Assembly (NCBI GenBank): GCA_020891255.1 | Contig: BQFW01000003.1 | Span: 248,001 to 312,000 of the forward strand | Source of the DNA: Entomortierella parvispora E1425 | Lineage: Eukaryota > Fungi > Mortierellomycota | Direction: 5' to 3' | DNA length: 64,000 bases | In this document: piece by piece, positions 60,970-64,000 of the stretch | Layout: every line of letters starts with the position of its first letter | How positions within the stretch are numbered: the first letter of the stretch is position 1 | Notes under the pieces: generated by a model | Database searches by the model: none | Told to the model about the DNA's origin: nothing | What the model saw: only the letters and a program-made list of their open reading frames with translations | Translations under genes and position numbers: made by a program

Positions 60970-63108
60970 CTACCATCCTTGCAGATGTCGCCGCACAAGC
61001 ACCATGAGGCTCGCAAACGCACCAAGGCCAAGGACCAAGAATCCCCATCTCAACATGTGGCCGGCAATGGTTGTCAACTTCTTGCCCATCCACTGCTTGC
61101 GCTTCCAAGTTGGGTCGATGCCGTAAGGGTTTGGTTCCTGAACAGTGGCCAAATTATGGGGCAGGAGCGTGAACAGCGCAGAGACCGGCTTGTGATCCGA
61201 GCTCTTGTAGTAAGGATGTGAAGTGTAATAATGAATCAGCAGCGGGCTGGCGCATTGAGACACCGATGTCGATGAAGCCGTCGCCATGACAGTCGACGCA
61301 GGCGACTGGGTGAAAGGCTGTTGTTGCTGTTGAGGACTCGCTCCATAGCTGTTCCTGGAAGACAGACTTGACAAAGAACTAGATGAAATTGCAGACGAAA
61401 TAACGGAGGGATCATACAGTGGCTCGGTCGTAAGTTGATTGGGGTGTCCAAGAGCAGTAGCCGGGGGTGGTTGGAACAAGCTCGCATTCACTGGCAGACG
61501 GGCGCCTTTCTTTGCCAGACTCGAGAATGTGCCTCTGGAGCGCGATCCTGTCCAGGAAGCGGACTTCGGGTTCATGATCCTCTCACGCAGCCTGTCGGCT
61601 GACTCTAACGGTAATGTGCCTCGTCCCAGTCCTTGCGAGTGTTCATCCCAAGCGTCAAGTTCGTCCTCTTTCTCTTCATTGGCACTGGCCGCATCTCTTG
61701 GATGGACAAACCACAGAACACGGTCTGTCCAGGCCGGAACACGTTTGGTGACATTATACTGACTAGAGCCCATCCTGAACTTGTAAGTTGGGGGGAAGGC
61801 CAAAGGTGCCTCGCGAAATCCTCGGAATACGTTCAGCGTCTTGCGTTGTGCCGAGAGCTGATCATGGCTGTAAAGTTGTCGAAGTTGCCCGGCCTGAATT
61901 GCCTGCACGATTTCCTTGGCTGTCAAATCGGGCATGGTTGACTGGGACAACAGATCTTCATCTGCGTGCTTGTTCTTTTTCTTCCTCTTGCCAAGAGATC
62001 CGTCGCACTGAGACAAGTCCAAGCGGTAATTAAGATCGCCCGTCCAAAAAATGTAATCGCACGAAAAGATGGACTCTTCCCTCAACGCGCCTTTCTTGTC
62101 CTGACCACCAGCAGCGCGACGCTGCCGAAGATATTCTTGGGTATATATGCTGCTCTTTGTGCTGTCCCTGCTGTCGGTTCGGAGTCTCTCCCGCCCGTTT
62201 CCTGTCGTCTTGTTGGGCAGTAACGGTCTTGAATCATTGTCCAATTGATACATAGAATCATCTTCAAACTGCCTCAAGTCCTCTGTTGAATCGAACGGAG
62301 AAGCAAACACGGATGGCGACGACGTTGCTGAGGATGCAGCAGAGAGCCTGTCATGGTGCTCGTACAGCATACCTTCGACATGGTTCAAGCGGTCGTCCAA
62401 AAATACCATCCTTCGACAAATCGCCAAGTAGTCGTCATTTCTTCGCTTGATTTTGTTCAGATGTGCACTCAGATGAGCATTGATGAAGCAAATATCGAAA
62501 CAAGGCCGACTGGCTGTGGGTCCCAGACGAATGGTCATTTTTGTGGCTATGGCTCCCTTGTTGCCCATAAACGCTGGTCCTGTTCCCACAGAGGCGTTCG
62601 AGATGTTTTCCACATGTTCTGTCATGGATCCATCTCTAGTCAGGATAAAGAGGGTCATCCCCACTTGAGCCGTTTGAGAGACAAGACTAAACCTGTAGCC
62701 GGGAAAGGTTCGATGCAAGGTTCGAAGGATCAGCTTTGCAAGGTCGTCAATCTTTTGTTTGATGCGATAGGTGCCGTGAATGAACGCGTCGGGGTAGGGC
62801 ACAAACTCCTGGAGAGCCACGGCAACGATATCAGGCATAATGGGCATTGTTGAAGATGACGACGGCTCGGGGGCGCGGCTGCTGCCCTCGATGTTATTTG
62901 GGTTTGTGAAGGGGTCTGCTCTCGAGAACGTTGGGGCTGTGGTAGCCGAGGCAGGGGAGGGGACTGGGCTGTTGGGGGCCGAGTCTGCTGTGTGGGAGGA
63001 GAGCGAGGGATGGGTTGCCAGCCAGTCCGAAAGGTCCTGCTCAATGGCTCGCTGGTTCATGTTGAATGTGCCGATGAGCACGACGGGGGCATGGTTCGGG
63101 GATGCCAT
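60970..63108 (-). CDS. Inositol polyphosphate 5-phosphatase with a C-terminal membrane anchor (Inp54-like architecture), single exon
   Basis: GTFNMN, VALQE, GNKGAI, FINAHLSAH, FWTGDLNYRL, PAWTDRVLW, SSDHKPV; hydrophobic tail WGFLVLGLGAFASLMVLV. Confidence 0.88.
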   Translation of the reverse strand: MASPNHAPVVLIGTFNMNQRAIEQDLSDWLATHPSLSSHTADSAPNSPVPSPASATTAPTFSRADPFTNPNNIEGSSRAPEPSSSSTMPIMPDIVAVALQEFVPYPDAFIHGTYRIKQKIDDLAKLILRTLHRTFPGYRFSLVSQTAQVGMTLFILTRDGSMTEHVENISNASVGTGPAFMGNKGAIATKMTIRLGPTASRPCFDICFINAHLSAHLNKIKRRNDDYLAICRRMVFLDDRLNHVEGMLYEHHDRLSAASSATSSPSVFASPFDSTEDLRQFEDDSMYQLDNDSRPLLPNKTTGNGRERLRTDSRDSTKSSIYTQEYLRQRRAAGGQDKKGALREESIFSCDYIFWTGDLNYRLDLSQCDGSLGKRKKKNKHADEDLLSQSTMPDLTAKEIVQAIQAGQLRQLYSHDQLSAQRKTLNVFRGFREAPLAFPPTYKFRMGSSQYNVTKRVPAWTDRVLWFVHPRDAASANEEKEDELDAWDEHSQGLGRGTLPLESADRLRERIMNPKSASWTGSRSRGTFSSLAKKGARLPVNASLFQPPPATALGHPNQLTTEPLYDPSVISSAISSSSLSSLSSRNSYGASPQQQQQPFTQSPASTVMATASSTSVSQCASPLLIHYYTSHPYYKSSDHKPVSALFTLLPHNLATVQEPNPYGIDPTWKRKQWMGKKLTTIAGHMLRWGFLVLGLGAFASLMVLVRRHLQGW

Positions 63109-64000
63109 GGTGGCGACGGAGGGAGAGAGGAAGGAAGCGACGGTTGGAGGGAGGATGAGAAAGGGGGGACGGGGGGACTATATAGAAGGGAATGAGAGGG
63201 AAAGGACAATATGAAGGAAAGAAGGAAGGGAGGAAAAGGGGGCAGGTGGGAAATTGAATTGGTGCAGAGTGCAGTGTGCAGTGTCGCGGTGTGTCCAACG
63301 TGCTGAGCAAAGGCGGAAGGGACCACACCATTTCCTGGGCGTCTGGGATATGACAGGGCGGATATGACATCAGGTCACGTGCACCCACAGCCTCTCTCTG
63401 CTTGCTTGTTTGTTTGTCGTGTAGAGAGAGGTGTGTCGTTTTTGTTGCCTCTCTTCTGCTTCCTTGCTGCTCGTCCTTCGCATGGCACAATGGCACAGAG
63501 GGGAAAACACGAAATCAACACGAAGTGGACGCGCTGCTTGCCCATCCAACGGTTATGTACGACCGCCCTGACTTTCGATCCACGTTGTCGTTCGCAACTC
63601 TCCAACACGAGATCACGGTTGGACGGCCTCTTGTCACTGAATGGGAATAAACGTCTTTTGCACTTCCTCTTCACTCTTTTTCACTTTCTACCCAATAACT
63701 ACGTACTAGCGCCGTGGGGATAGGAATATACCCAAGAGGAAGGCGTCATCGTTCCCCCTTCTCGGTCAGGATATCAAACAAACGGCAACATTTGTACGAA
63801 ATTCTCGTTTTTGATTCATGCACAGCAAGTGATGCTCCAAGTCTGGACCTGTTGCTTTTTTTTTTTTTTGGTTTCTGTGTGCCATGTACCTACTTCTTCA
63901 CCAAGCACTCCAATTACTCTTTCTTTGACATCTATCTCTCACACCTATCCCTACGCTTTCTAATACGTTCCTCTATGTTCCACTGCGTTTTGTGATCGAT

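Noticed and set aside
1-64000. tRNA, rRNA or transposase/retroelement genes
   Set aside because: None recognised by eye. tRNAscan-SE, Infernal and a repeat library search would be needed to exclude them.

Overview
Intron-rich, microsatellite-rich fungal DNA. A Mortierellaceae/Mucoromycota origin is inferred from gene style, not proven. About 20 conventional genes can be reconstructed: a lysine-methyltransferase-like protein, AAR2, an FAD monooxygenase, an F-box protein, S-formylglutathione hydrolase, an AA11-like LPMO, LCB2, MCM4, VPS37, an adhesin-like membrane protein, MTAP, septin CDC10, a C2H2 factor, a centrin-like protein, two Argonautes, MSS4-type PIP5K, HisHF and an inositol 5-phosphatase. 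The standout feature is invisible in the ORF track. At 51220-53654, a signal-peptide exon is followed by about 2.35 kb of degenerate ~110-bp tandem repeats. Each repeat unit is a complete GT-AG intron, and the units are separated by exactly 3 nt. Splicing the 21 introns joins 20 consecutive 3-nt micro-exons into one open frame encoding a 45-aa predicted secreted peptide, MKFQYILILATFIGFAVAAPVPDTDAHVNAEILGLVHADVVADIH. Other notable items are a 77-aa Q/G/R/P/Y heptad-repeat insertion inside the PIWI domain of the second Argonaute and a run of micro-exons (including one of 4 nt) in the monooxygenase. All splice models were made by eye, without RNA data or database searches.
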